This document shows, piece after piece, positions 20,267 through 32,287 of a stretch of 64,000 bases of DNA. The translations under genes were made by a program, and so were the position numbers. Position 1 is the first letter of the stretch; each line of letters opens with the position of its first letter. This DNA comes from Carpediemonas membranifera BICM (lineage: Eukaryota; Protista; Fornicata): contig JAHDYR010000005.1 in the NCBI GenBank assembly GCA_019828565.1, forward strand, positions 1,315,937 to 1,379,936, given 5' to 3'. The notes below the pieces were generated by a model. That model was given only the letters and a program-made list of their open reading frames with translations, was not told the origin of the DNA and searched no databases.

Positions 20267-23101
20267 TTATAGTCGCTTTTCCAGCTTTGAGCGCTCGTCG
20301 GGCGGTAGCGTCAACAAGTAACTGTCTAATGCGACGAGCTGGCGGTTCTCTGCATCTAGAGGTTCCCACGTAGCCTCTGAGCGTTCGAATCCTGCCCAGA
20401 GGATCTTGATCAGGCCTGGTTCCTTCCTCAGGTCGTGATCCAGGATGGCTTCGACGACAAGTTCGTCGTGATCCAGGGCCGCCATTTTGAGGGCCGCCTC
20501 TGGGCTGACGGGCGCTGCGATCATGCGCTCCCCGTGGATGTGGACCACCTTCTTCGTAATGAGGTCCTTCAGTCGGTAGACGTTGGGGTCTTCGCCACGA
20601 CCCAGGACCTTAAGTGGTCCCCGGAGGAAGGGTGAGAGCTTCTGGGGCTTCCTGCTCGGGATGATAAACGCGAACTCGTGCGGCTTCCACCTGTGGGTGG
20701 TCTTGAAGTGATCTCCCCGGCGCTTAGCCGCGTTGTACTCCTCCACAGCATGCTTGCTCAGTGCGCGGATGCGGCCGAGGGCCTCGATGTGACTGGCGAG
20801 AGCTGTAGATGCGCGCTCGGGGTCGGTGTAGCTGCGTGGGGTCTTCAAGTGTCGAGGGCTGATGCCCAGTAAGGCCTCGAGGGGTGATATTCCCCCAAGA
20901 GTGCGATGTGGAGCGGAGTTGACGAGGAATTGGGCCATATAAAGCCATCGTTGCCATTCGTTGGACTCTGCTTCCATCATGAGTTTGCGTAGAGCGCGCA
21001 CGGCCGTGCCATTCGCTCGCTCAACTATACCCGAGCTCTGTGGATGGTAGGCTGTAGCAATGTGGTGCTTGAGGGTCAATTCACTCGTAAGCTTCTCCAT
21101 AAGCTTGTTGCGGTACTGGGATCCTCCATCGGTGTGGATCTCCTGAGGAATGCCGAAGCGGCCAGCGAATGCGAGTAGGGCCTGTGCGGCTGAGTCTGCC
21201 GACGTGTCCCGGACTGGAACTAGGTCGACGTACTTGGTAAAGGAGTCAATGATGGTGATGATATATCGATTGCCCCTAGTGGATTCGGGCAGGGGCCCGA
21301 TCGTGTCCAGCTGGACTGTCTCGAACGGCTCTACCCTCTGCGTGCTATGCCACGCGGTCTGGCGCGCTTGGATCTGTCGAGTCTTCAGACAAGCCGGACA
21401 GGTCCGAACGAAGGCGTCGATGTAGGGGTCAATGGTCTCGCGTTGAGCTGGCGTTGCCAGCCTGCGGATGATTCTGGCTGATGGGTGGCCGGCGGATCCT
21501 CCATGAAGGGTCCGGAGGATGGCGCGGGCGTCTTCTGGTATGTCGTCAGTGGTCAGGAAGCAGCAGCGACTAAGAGCGTCTGCTACAGCGTTGTCCTCCC
21601 CTGCCACATGTGATATCTCCGCGGGGAACTGCTGGAGGGTGATCCTCCAGCGCATTACCTTCGGTGAGCAGTCCGAGCGCTTCATGAGGTAGACGATATT
21701 GCGATGGTCCGTGTGGACGTGTAGGTCCGTGGCCATGGTGAACAGGGGCTGCATGTCTGATCTGGTGAGTGCACTAAGGATACCATACAGTTCCTTATCA
21801 TAGGTGCACCAGCGGCGTTGCACATCAGTTAGTCTCTTGGAGAATAACGTGACGGGCTGATGTTGGCCGTCCGCAGCGATCTGGTATAGAATACCGCCGA
21901 CCGCGTTGTCGGACGCGTCTGTATAGAGATGCCAGGGTAGACCCGGGTCCGGCTGGGTGAGGGTGATGGCCTCCGCTGTGGCCTCCTTGAGGCTCTGGAG
22001 GGCCTGTTCTTGTGGATCACCCCACTCCTCGGCCTTGATTGCGTCATAGAGCGGGCCAAGAAGCTCCTGTGCGCGCGGAAGGTGCTCAGCGATGTAATTG
22101 AACATGCCAGCGATGCGTCGCATGTCCTTGACAGAGGTGGGAGATGTGATGTCGTTGAGGGCCTTGGCTCTCTCGGGGTCCACGCTGCGACCTTGCTCCG
22201 AGATGTCGAAGCCGACGACCTTGACCTTACGGGAGGCGAACTTGCACTTCGCGAGGTTAAGTCTCAAGTCATGGCGATCGAGTAGCACTAAGGTGTGCTC
22301 TAGCGTCTGGAGGAATTCCTCCTGTGTCTTTGCGTGGATGAGGATGTCATCAATGTAGACCATAACACCCTTGTGAAGCACGGGTGCGAGGACTCCTTGC
22401 ATGACTCTTTGGAAGTGAGACGGCGCATTTGCTAGGCCGAATGGCACCCGCACGAACTCGTCATACGCGTCTGGGGTGATCATAGCCGTCTTGCGGACGT
22501 CGTCCGGGTGGACTGGGACTTGATGATACCCGGACGTGAGGTCCAGCGCCGCGAAGAAGCGTGAGCCGGATGCTTCCCGTACAAACGACTTCAAGTCGGG
22601 GAGGGGGAAGTGGTCCTTGACTGTGATCCTATTGAGAGCTGTATAGTCAATACACAGTCTGATGGCGCCGGATGCCTTGTCTACGACGACAATGGGAGAG
22701 GCAAACGGTCCCTGTGAGGCCCGTGTGATACCTGCCGATCGCAGGCGCTGCAGCTCTTCTCTGACTTGCTCACGGCGTCTGGGATTGAGGCGGCGGGGCT
22801 TGGCTTGCACGAGGTGCTGTTCGTCCACTAGCGGGATGCGCATGGCGGGCACCTTGGCTCCTCCGGGCGCCAGGCCGTCAAAAACGTGAGGGTGCTGCTC
22901 CAATATCGCTGTGATCGGTTGCTTAAGCTCCTCGATCTCAATGTTGGGCTGTACGTTGTCGGCCAGCAGTAATTCTTCTGCTGGTCTGAAAGGAATATCG
23001 TCCCCTTCGTCTGCTGCGGTTTCTTTCACGAGCTTAACAAAAAGGCCATCGGAAGTGAGGCATCCGAGGCTTCTCAGAATATCGCAGCCTATGAGGATCA
23101 G
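20267..23101 (-). CDS. Pol: protease C-terminus, RT, RNase H, integrase, chromodomain
   Basis: LILIGCDIL, YIDD, YTDASD, GH..CPAC, D-D-E, VVEAILDH..WAGF..ATWEP. Confidence 0.95.
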   Translation of the reverse strand: MILIGCDILRSLGCLTSDGLFVKLVKETAADEGDDIPFRPAEELLLADNVQPNIEIEELKQPITAILEQHPHVFDGLAPGGAKVPAMRIPLVDEQHLVQAKPRRLNPRRREQVREELQRLRSAGITRASQGPFASPIVVVDKASGAIRLCIDYTALNRITVKDHFPLPDLKSFVREASGSRFFAALDLTSGYHQVPVHPDDVRKTAMITPDAYDEFVRVPFGLANAPSHFQRVMQGVLAPVLHKGVMVYIDDILIHAKTQEEFLQTLEHTLVLLDRHDLRLNLAKCKFASRKVKVVGFDISEQGRSVDPERAKALNDITSPTSVKDMRRIAGMFNYIAEHLPRAQELLGPLYDAIKAEEWGDPQEQALQSLKEATAEAITLTQPDPGLPWHLYTDASDNAVGGILYQIAADGQHQPVTLFSKRLTDVQRRWCTYDKELYGILSALTRSDMQPLFTMATDLHVHTDHRNIVYLMKRSDCSPKVMRWRITLQQFPAEISHVAGEDNAVADALSRCCFLTTDDIPEDARAILRTLHGGSAGHPSARIIRRLATPAQRETIDPYIDAFVRTCPACLKTRQIQARQTAWHSTQRVEPFETVQLDTIGPLPESTRGNRYIITIIDSFTKYVDLVPVRDTSADSAAQALLAFAGRFGIPQEIHTDGGSQYRNKLMEKLTSELTLKHHIATAYHPQSSGIVERANGTAVRALRKLMMEAESNEWQRWLYMAQFLVNSAPHRTLGGISPLEALLGISPRHLKTPRSYTDPERASTALASHIEALGRIRALSKHAVEEYNAAKRRGDHFKTTHRWKPHEFAFIIPSRKPQKLSPFLRGPLKVLGRGEDPNVYRLKDLITKKVVHIHGERMIAAPVSPEAALKMAALDHDELVVEAILDHDLRKEPGLIKILWAGFERSEATWEPLDAENRQLVALDSYLLTLPPDERSKLEKRL

Positions 23102-24291
23102 GGGTTTTTCCCTGGTATGATGTCGAGGTTGGCAGTGAAGCGGGTCTCGTGGCCAGCTAGGGCCACTCGGAGGTCCGCGGAGGTCCGGCCATTAGCGGTG
23201 GCCACTGACTGGTCTGCCAGTAAATAATGCCGCGTAGGGCCCGTTGAATGGGGTAGGGCGAGATCCTTTGCTAGTCCCTCCGAAACTCCTGAACGTCTGG
23301 CGCATGAATCAATGTGGAACACGTACTCTTGGCCATTTATATGGCCCGTAGTCTTGAGCACGTCGTCCTCGGTGTCGATCTCGGCATCGTCAAGGATCAT
23401 GGCCTCGAACGGGGTCTTGGCCTTGAGCTCAGATTTGGCTCTGAGGCCGCCGCCCGACTCCCTGGAGCGTGTCTTCTCTGAACGGGGACACTCGTTCCGC
23501 CAGTGATTGCCCTGGCAGATGGGGCAAGGGGTCTTCGGGGGCCTGTTGGTCGGATGGATGTCGTTCGGACGCGGCTTGGAGGTGGGAGCCGCTTCCTTGG
23601 CCTTGATGGGGAGGGCCTGCTTGGTGCTGGAGGATTCGTCAGTGTCGGGGTCGCTGTTGGCCTTGGTTCTGGCCTTCTTGGTGCGCACTAGATCGTAGCC
23701 GTAGCGCGTCATGTCCAGGCGAAGCTGGTCTTCAACCCGGGCGGCCTCGGTGATGAGTTTGTACACGTCCTCGAGCTTGGTTGGCTTTCGGAGGTCATAC
23801 TCCGTGCGGACGACACGTTGGAAAGCGTCAGGTGCCAGATGGGAGAGGCACAGCTTGGTGGCTTTTTCGATGACGGTATCGTCGTCGCGGGAGAGGTTCT
23901 CCTCTTCGGAGAATGTGCCCTTTGTGTAGAGCTGGAAGATGTCCTGGAATGCGTTGATGTACTTGCGCACAAGGACGGTGCGGGTGTTGAGGTCGGTGAT
24001 AGTGGATTCACAGCGGACCTTGCTCAGCTCGGCGAGCCATTGGCGGGATGTCTGAGGGCCGACGAGCTTGTCGAGGTGCTTGAAGAGCTCCTCTTCGGTG
24101 ATGGTTTCAGCGTTGAGGTCGAACTGTCGCTGAATGAGATCCGACAAGGCGTCGGTGAGGAAAAGGGAGGCTTTCGCGTCAGGTGCGAACACCTTGAGGC
24201 GTTGGACTTGCCTCTTGAAGGAGCGGACGCTCTCGCGGTCGAGGTTAATAGCGTCGAGCTCTGGAATTGTCATTTGGGTTTTGGCAAACAT
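23098..24291 (-). CDS. Gag with zinc knuckle plus protease N-terminus
   Basis: CPICQGNHWRNEC; FHIDSCA aspartic-protease motif. Confidence 0.9.
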   Translation of the reverse strand: MFAKTQMTIPELDAINLDRESVRSFKRQVQRLKVFAPDAKASLFLTDALSDLIQRQFDLNAETITEEELFKHLDKLVGPQTSRQWLAELSKVRCESTITDLNTRTVLVRKYINAFQDIFQLYTKGTFSEEENLSRDDDTVIEKATKLCLSHLAPDAFQRVVRTEYDLRKPTKLEDVYKLITEAARVEDQLRLDMTRYGYDLVRTKKARTKANSDPDTDESSSTKQALPIKAKEAAPTSKPRPNDIHPTNRPPKTPCPICQGNHWRNECPRSEKTRSRESGGGLRAKSELKAKTPFEAMILDDAEIDTEDDVLKTTGHINGQEYVFHIDSCARRSGVSEGLAKDLALPHSTGPTRHYLLADQSVATANGRTSADLRVALAGHETRFTANLDIIPGKNP

Positions 24292-24540
24292 GAGTCTGTA
24301 CTAGAATCGATTCTGTGGCGACAACAGTATTTACACATAACCTGCGAAGCAGGGGTGAGTGTGCCCGTAGTTATAAATAGCAATAATAATAACTGAGGCA
24401 CTGACACAGCTTCAGACTGGCAGAAGCTCCTAGGCCGTCTGTCATTCTTCGCAGGGACCACACAGTTCGCCCGCCTCGCACTGGCAAGATACGCTTCGTG
24501 GCGCTTATCCTGAGGACCCGTTCCAAGCCCTCCTCGCTGA

Positions 24541-25423
24541 CGACCGACTATCACATTTCAGAAACGAATCGTCGCGCCACACAGCAGCGGGCTGGGTCGC
24601 CAAATTCCTCCAATCCCGCAACGCGAGCCACTCACACGCGCAACAGCTCAAAGAGTTCCTTCTGACCGAGGGTACCACGTCGGGCCCACAGTCGATACAC
24701 AGGAAAGGCTACTGGATTTGCGAGGCCGCCCCACTCGTGTCTGACTGGCGCCCCCCGATCGCTGCCAAGCAGATAATCGCCGCCACCCGGAACGTCGCCT
24801 CTGTAGAAGGCCTGACCGGGGGTGCGAAGCCTGTCACGTCCGCGAGAGTCCGCAGGGTCATAGACAGACGTCGGAAGTCACCCCAAGCCTTCCAGGCCGC
24901 CCTCTTTTCTGCTCTCTGCTTTATCACCGTGAGTAGAGGCGCAGAGATCTTTGGGCTCAGACGAAGAGACGTCGAGTTCGACGCTGATGGCAATGCCCTC
25001 CTTCTGTTCGCGAGAACTAAGACTGCCACAGGCGTCCGCAAGCTGGTACCAAACCAATCGTGGGCCCGCTTTAACCCAGCAAGGGCCCTGAAGGCATGGG
25101 TCCCCACGGCAACGCGCCGCGACGACGACCTCATCTGGCGGGCGATCACCTCAACCGGTGGTATTTCACTATCGAAGCCGCTACCGGCGTCAACCCTCCG
25201 CCACTGGATCCACCAGGCGTACGGCACCGACATTTCGTGGCACTCATTCCGCAAGGGCGCCACCACGGAGTTGGCGGTAGCCCACACGAGTACCGAAGTC
25301 CTCCTGTCCATGGGGACGTGGGCCTCCACGAAAAGCATGCTGAGATATATGGGCAACGGGGTCCGCACACACCCGGGGGTCCAGGGACACCTGGCCTCCA
25401 TCCTTCTCCAACCACCACTTTAA
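24541..25423 (+). CDS. E2 tyrosine recombinase
   Basis: SRGAE, RTKT, HSFRKG, GTW..LRY; the N-terminus aligns with E1 YR. Confidence 0.9.
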
Positions 25424-25662
25424 ATCTCTGACGGGAGCTAGTGGCTGGGAGAGCTAGGTAGGGTGGGGCTGACACGCGTTACAACGGCAGATGTAAGCCA
25501 CAACAGACATTCTTTGACGCGGTCTCTCGAGGAGACGGTCGGTTTGGGCTCGCAAGCGTGCCTGCAAGCCATTCCACTATGCTCGTTGCCGGTGGGATAT
25601 CCCCGTTGGGTAGAGCAAGTATGTCTAGAGGCTAGGACAGCTAGCTCGACGATGGAGAAAAC

Positions 25663-25735
25663 TGGTCCACGTGGGGCTCGAACCCACGACCTTTGGCTTA
25701 TCAGACCAACGATCTACCGACTGATCTAGCAGACC
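25663..25735 (-). tRNA. tRNA-Ile, anticodon GAU
   Basis: GGTCTGC/GTGGACC acceptor stem, GATC/GATC D-stem, TTGGT-CTGATAA-GCCAA anticodon arm, GTGGG-TTCGAGC-CCCAC T-arm; no CCA; TTTT 2 nt downstream. Confidence 0.92.
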
Positions 25736-25941
25736 TGCATATCATCGACATGTAAGCTATCACGCCTCGGGCGTGGCTCACGCCCTGACACTGCTGGGTC
25801 AGGGTGTGTCAGAACAGGATTCCGGAGACACGAGAAAGATGGACAAAATATTTAGAAAATCTCGAAAGATATGATTGTGGATACGGTCTTGATCCGTCCC
25901 GATCGCGAGCAGATCGTATCCCTCCAGCAGAAACCGTGAGG

Positions 25942-26481
25942 ATGGCCGAAGGCGACGCGGATAACGCTGATCCGCCGCCTGTCACCATGGAGAGCCTTGC
26001 TGAGCTCATACAACAGCAGCAGAACATCATTACGGCACTCCGTTCGGAGGTTTCATCGGTTAAGGACAGTACACGGGACCCGAGACGCCCGTCTCGGATA
26101 GGAGCCGTTGCTAAGGAGTACGACCACCTCCGCGAGACACTTGCCGACATCAGAGGTATCCTCAACAACCCGGAGATGACGCGCGTCAACCAGATCGAAG
26201 CCGCGATAGAGGCGGTCTTCGAGCGCAGGCTCGAGTTCCTACGGCTATATGACAGCCACTCCGACACCGCTGCGCGCTACTTCATGGCTATTTCGAGAGA
26301 AGAACGAGACGCGCAACGCTTCGTAGTGCTGGCCGCCAAGGCGGCCAAGGCCACTCCACCGCCTCCTCGACCCAAGCGGTTCCAGAGAGGCTTCGGCGGC
26401 TTCAGCCGCAACTCTCCCCGCTTCAACAACAACAACCGTCGTGCCCCGGCAACCGACCTCGGACCGGGGCGGGCCCAGTAG
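25942..26481 (+). CDS. E3 Gag-like ORF1
   Basis: Coiled coil; ERRLEFLRLYD matches E5 EKRLEYLRVVD. Confidence 0.7.
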   Translation: MAEGDADNADPPPVTMESLAELIQQQQNIITALRSEVSSVKDSTRDPRRPSRIGAVAKEYDHLRETLADIRGILNNPEMTRVNQIEAAIEAVFERRLEFLRLYDSHSDTAARYFMAISREERDAQRFVVLAAKAAKATPPPPRPKRFQRGFGGFSRNSPRFNNNNRRAPATDLGPGRAQ

Positions 26482-26553
26482 AGGCCAGAGAAGGGTTAAG
26501 CCTGAACCCGATGACTATAAAAGGCTCGATATACTTCGAAGAGTTTTATTGCA

Positions 26554-28533
26554 ATGGAAAGAGAAGAAGCACAAGAAGATCAGCAAGACACCTCCACCCA
26601 GTGTATACAGGGGCTGACGGGCTCGATGAGCCGTCGGTGGATGAGGTGGCAGGCCCTCGGGGCCAGCAGGGAGGTGGTGCAGCTGTTACGAGAGGGAGTG
26701 AAGGTCACCCCGGCAGCACCGGCGCTCAATGCGCACCTCCAGAAGGAGACAGACACGATGAAGGCTCTACTAGAGGAGCTACTGCAACAGAAAGCAATAG
26801 AGAAGGGCGAGGCGACGACAATATGCCCCCTGTTCACATTAGAGAAGAAGATCGCAGGCAGCTACCGTCTGATACACGACCTGAGACCGGTCAATGCATA
26901 CCAAGAGGACCTAACATTCAGGCTGAAGGGCCTAGCAGAGATACAGCATGGAGTTCCGAGAAACTCGTGGGGAATAACATTGGATATGAAGTCCGGGTAC
27001 TACCAGCTCCTAGTGGAGGAGAACTCACGACAGGAACTCGGATTCTCGTTCGAGGGAGAACAATACAGATGGAGAGGACTCCCTTTCGGCCTCTCAACGG
27101 CGCCACGGCAGTTTCAGTCGGTTACGTCACAGATGGCGAAGATCCTGCGCTCACTTCTCGAAGGACTGATAATATACGTGTATCTGGACGATCTGCTCAT
27201 AATCAGTCGCTCGAGAGAGTCGTTGAACGCCCAGGTCCCACGGATCATAGAGATCTTGGACTCACTTGGAGTCGTCCTATCGAGAGAGAAGTGCCACTTG
27301 ACCCCGTCCCAGAGGGTAACTTACTTGGGCGTGATAGTCGACTTGCGCGAGATGACGATGTCGCTGCCAGAGGAGAAGAGGGCTCAATACAGCAGACTCA
27401 TAGCCAACCTGCAACTCAAGAGACACACAAAGCGGGACCTTCAGACCCTTCACGGAAAGCTCCTCTTCTGCCGGTTCGCACTGGGGACGCGGGCACTTGT
27501 CCGGCTCAGAGAGCTGCAGGTCAGGATCGCTGGCTGCGACGACCGAGTGCGGTACCCAAAGTCCAGCCTGCCCCAGGACCTACGAACGGATCTGCGGTGG
27601 TGGGCCAGACAGCTATCATCCGACCCGGCATGGTACTTCGGCCCAAGAGGCCAGGTACTTCGTATGGAGACCGACGCGCCGGACTATGCGTTCGGTGCGA
27701 CGCTGTTTGTCGAAGACACGTCCCTCAACATCCAGGGCAGGTTCTCAGAGGCACAATGCTCCAAGAGCATCAACGCGAAGGAGCTATGGGCAATGGAGGA
27801 AGGCCTGCGGAGATGGACGAGCGACATTCAGGAGAGGGACCTACTCATAGCCGGGGACAACACATCAGCGCTTTCATGGGTCCTGAAGTCAAGCACCAGA
27901 GCTCCCCGACACATCAGAAGGACGATTGTGGAGCTTCACGACTACTTGTTCGAGATTGGCTGCAGGATAAGAACCAAGCACATTCCAGGGAGATACAACA
28001 CGACTGCCGACGGGCTGTCCAGGTACCGGAAGCTGGACTGGAACTCACCCGCGGCGATGCTCCAGAGCGCGCTGGAACGATGGGGGTTTGAGTTTTTGAG
28101 TTTTTGAGTTTATTTTTTGATACAGTGCCGGGGTGTCCACCTCCAGGCACTGGCCACAACCCGAGCCAGACGAGCGGTGATCAGCCGATGGGGGTCAGTA
28201 GACCGATCACTCTTCTGCGCGGAGAGATTCCTGCCGGAGGACCACGACTTCCAGACGGACGCATTTACATGCAATTGGTCAGAGATGAGGTCATTGGCGG
28301 TCCCACCAGTCAGCCTACTGGACAATGTCATCGCCAGGGCGGAGGAGATCGCCACGTCAGACGAGACGCACCCCGCACTGCAGCAGAGAGGCCTATTAGT
28401 CATCGCACCACAACGCAGGACGAATGCCAGACTGGCAGCCATAGCACAGGACTGGTTCGAGGCAGCGTTCCCGATCAGCTGGTGGGCCCACACGGAGATA
28501 GAGAGCCTCTTCACAGGCAAGCAGAGAGCGCAT
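26554..28533 (+). CDS. E3 RT/RNase H plus methyltransferase-like domain (in-frame TGA at 28105)
   Basis: LDMKSGYYQ, LPFG, YLDD, ETDA, GDN, ADGLSR; DAFTCNW..AVPP. Confidence 0.88.
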
Positions 28534-31500
28534 ACTGTTAAAAACGGGGTTTCGATGCCTGAGGAAATCATGAGGAAGTCCGTTTTCACGAAAAAAAATG
28601 GTGAAAACATTAGATTCAGTGAAATCTTTTCACCATTTTCACAAGGCGCAAGAACACGAAAGAGATGGCACTGAACACCCCTGGATGTACAGGACATCAC
28701 TATACATGCTTTCCATGCATCTGTGAGCTTCTGCATTTTTCACACATTTTCACGAAATGCTTCTCTGCACTGAGACCACTGTTCGCCAAGAGAATCACTG
28801 ATGTTGTCGATAAATGCTATCCATAAGCTACTCCTGTCTTTATTTCCGCTGCTGCTTCCCTCGTAGCGACGCACAGGTAGCTGTCGCAAAATGCACTTTA
28901 AGACCGAATTTCGCACAGCTACCTGTGCATGGTGTTTGAGCTTGATTGAAAGGCACTGAACAATACAGGGCTACTCTGCAGGTAACAGTAAGCAATACTT
29001 GAGCGACTTTGGGCCTCGAAAGTGGTAGGATCTCATCAATGTTTATGACCCACCCTCGCATCATCCTGATCAGAACTTCACGCTTACTCACATGCTCAAA
29101 TACTATCCATATGTCCTCCCTGTCACCGATGTAGTCGTTGTCGACCGTGTCTCAGCCTGGATACTCCTCCTGTCGACCGCACTGTCGTCTCCAACGTCTG
29201 TTAGGTCGACCCTGGTGTCCAACTCAGTTATATTAGTCATCTAATGCAGGCTAAATTCGTCATACATGACCACGGAGTTGTTCAATGCGACTTCAAGTCT
29301 CACAATTTTCTTTCCGCTCTGAACAGAATGTATAGGTGACTGAATATGGCTCAGCGATGGCTAGAATCACAACTAATTGTCCTCTCTGACTCTTTGAAAG
29401 CTATTCGAGTGTGTCAGATCATTCTAATCTTTCCAGTCGCGCCATAATGTTAAACGGAAAGCCCAATCTCGCGATTGAATACGCATAGTCGACGCAGAGA
29501 AGCATTGTATAGCCAAGAACGCCTTCTTGAACATGACAGTATTGTTGACGTGACTCCAACATTAGTCCTCGGATTGATATTATGTCGAGACAGGAAGATG
29601 GGAGGGATGCACCACGACTCATGAGACTAAATGTCTCCCAAACCATCTCCTAAACCATTTGATGTAGTGTGATTGAACTTGTACTGTGTTTACCTTGAAG
29701 TGCGCCCCATGTATTTTTTTGTTTACGTATATCAACATAAATACGCCAATTTATTATCGTAAAATTGCTGGGCCCGGGTCAGCACAGTCTAAGGACCCGC
29801 CATATCGCTTTTCAGGTAGAAGTAGTCTGAACCCTAAATTTGCTTTACGTATATCTCGGTAAATAGACTCGAACGATATGTAAAAATCTTGGATCCGTCC
29901 TAACATATCAAATACTACACATATACCAAGTTTCAGCCAAATCCAAGCCGAGAAGATCACCCCCGTCAAGCCCATGGACAATGGTAGGTCAGAGTGGTTT
30001 TGGCGAAAATAACAGTGCATTGCTGTATTCCAAATGTATGACTTATAGTGCAATGCACTGTTATTTTCGCAGAGCCGAACTTGGAGGTGGCCAGAAACTG
30101 ACATCGCTGAAAAGCTCAGAGACGTCGTTATATCATCTATAACGGCATCTCTGAGCTTTTGGGCGCACGGTTTCATCCTGACGTGGAGATCGATGCTTGT
30201 GAAAATGAAGAATCGACTAGGAGAGCTCTACGCTTGCATGCAGCCTTCTATTAGGTTGTTGATGTTGGTTATATGCTTCTTTTCGTTCTCGATGCGTGTG
30301 GATGAGTATTCTGTTGCAAGATTCATTTTGATGGACTGATGTTGGTTATAGAGGATAAAGGCACCAGAATGGATCATATGCATGCTATAAACCCGTTCTG
30401 TGCCGTTGGAATAGCGTTATTCGATAGTCAGTAGCACTTGTTGTTCGTTTCACTCGTTGCAATCATTAAAGTGCACATGGAGAAATGATAAATCCTGGCC
30501 CATCTGTGCATGTGACAGCAACAAGGGGTCTCGGGGTAAGAGCAGGAACAAGAATTGGGAACAGCGAATTCCAGGCTGCCTGTCAACGAGCTAAGAACTG
30601 ACCCCAGCCAGGTGAAACAAATGGAACTTCTCAGAATGTCATAATATTCGCTGGTGTATGAGACTCACTGCCTCCCCTGCTCACCCCAATTAGCGATATA
30701 GGGACTTAGGGATGTGCAGTGCAATGACCGTGATAAATGCGGACGCAGAAGAGGCAGACCAGCACTTGTGGGGAACACTCACACCCCCGCTAAATCACAC
30801 GCAAGGTCACCGGAGAAGACACAAGTCTCATAGAGTCCACAGGTATGAACTTTTGAGGTCATAACTCTATGCTCTATGGCGGGTGCAATTGTGATAGGAA
30901 GTGCGTTGAATGCAAGTTGGAGGTCTAATGCGCTCTAGAGTCTTCTTCTGGTCATCATTCAGCGGATGAGGTAGCGCCCAGGCCGGGTGGAGAGTGGCGA
31001 AAATGGTCATTCACGAGCTTTGGGCAGTTACCCGCGTCTCTCGGCTGTGGGATAATGGGATACCGGACCTGTCCATGACCGAACACCAATCGACCTAAAA
31101 TTGTATTTAATGCGAAAAAATTTTTACGATGGTGTCTCTGACCTCCTGCCATGATACAGGTGCGAGAGGTACAAAGTTATTCTTTTTGATGTTTTTCTCC
31201 CGAGACCATTTTGTGCCACCAAGAAAAAAAAAGTGGCACAAATGAGTTTGAAGTTTGTGTGCTGCAGAACTACATTCTGAGGTGTTCAGGGGATGTGTAT
31301 AGTGTCTAATAAAGTACCCAGTGCAAACCACCAGCGGCATGATCATCACAATAGCGATTACGAACTGTGAAATTTCACATTTTCACATTTCACGGAGTTT
31401 TCACGAAACGCGATTACTGCGATTGCGACATCTTGGAGCTGAAAAGCGGCAGAAATGCCTGTAACAAGGATCTATAACATATCTTGAAGTTAGACTGCTG

Positions 31501-32287
31501 ATAGCTAGTCTCGTTGTCGAGTTCTGAGCTTGCACAAAAAAGTTGAATCTGAATTTCACGGTCAATATTGACCTAGATCGCGAAAGTGAAGGTGTAAGAA
31601 AAGGCTAACTCACCAACGAGAGCAGCTAGAGGAAAATGGTAAAGGGTTTTGCAATCTGCATCCCCTGAGGAGTTCAGTTTCACACAGATGAGGATTTGAG
31701 AAAGCTCCCCTTTCACAACGTCTTTGGGCACCTTCGACGGCATCGATAATGATGAAGCATACCATTAGCCCTTATAGGCTATGATACACATCTACTGTTG
31801 GCGAAATGTTCTGCAATGTTGTCATCGACGAGATATGGTACCACATTTTTTATATCTCAAGATTGATGAAGTGCCCCATCTAGCCGAGCATATCCGGGTG
31901 CTGTATGAAGGTCATATAGCACCCCAGTATGGTTGGTTAGTTGGGGCACTTCACCAATCCCGAGATCGAGTGATTCAATCAAAAGAACCCAGCGACTGAG
32001 ACATCGCTGAGAGCTGAAACCGAGAGAGGATGTATAAACAGTAGTACTGAGCTTGCTTACAGACCAGCTTGTCATTACGACCACTTTTCACCAACTACAT
32101 AAAATGCGTTTCCCTATTTACTCGCCGATGAGCAAAGTAATGCTCGACAAAGATGTAAGATATGCGTTATTCATCTATAAAGCACCTGCTGTAGTATTTA
32201 AATCGGCTTCAGGGGTTCTAGTTTCGGATATCGCCATTTTCACTTCCTCACGACTTCCTCAGGCATCGAAACCCCGTTTTTAACAGT
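28534..32287. mobile_element. Non-autonomous TIR DNA transposon (3.75 kb), 46-bp TIRs
   Basis: ACTGTTAAAAACGGGGTTTCGATGCCTGAGGAA... at both ends (2 mismatches); flanks CAT|...|ATG; AT-rich interior without long ORFs. Confidence 0.9.
28929..29350 (+). pseudogene. Decayed copy of the 3034 kinase
   Basis: Upstream region and start match 2976-3060; remnant HDHGVVQCDFKSHNF; many stops. Confidence 0.7.

Larger units (their letters stand above)
19796..24406 (-). mobile_element. Full-length Ty3/Gypsy chromovirus-like element, 93-bp identical LTRs, 4-bp TSD CAGC
   Basis: LTRs at 19796-19888 and 24314-24406 (TG..CA); CAGC at 19792-19795 and 24407-24410; minus-strand polypurine tract GAGGGGGGTAG. Confidence 0.96.
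18222..25645 (+). mobile_element. DIRS/PAT-like YR retrotransposon E2 (Gypsy insertion; RNase H region deleted)
   Basis: 45-bp identical direct repeats at 18222-18266 and 25601-25645; gag, RT, YR. Confidence 0.88.

Noticed and set aside
23098-23115. Programmed -1 frameshift at GGGAAAAACCCC
   Set aside because: It splits the protease, lacks a correctly phased slippery heptamer and is repaired by one extra base. Similar homopolymer shifts at ~3208, 3440, 5520 and 11835 point to sequencing error; check the reads.
28086-28125. T-rich GT..ACAG stretch as an intron in E3
   Set aside because: No GT-AG choice both removes the stop and keeps the RT-MT frame.
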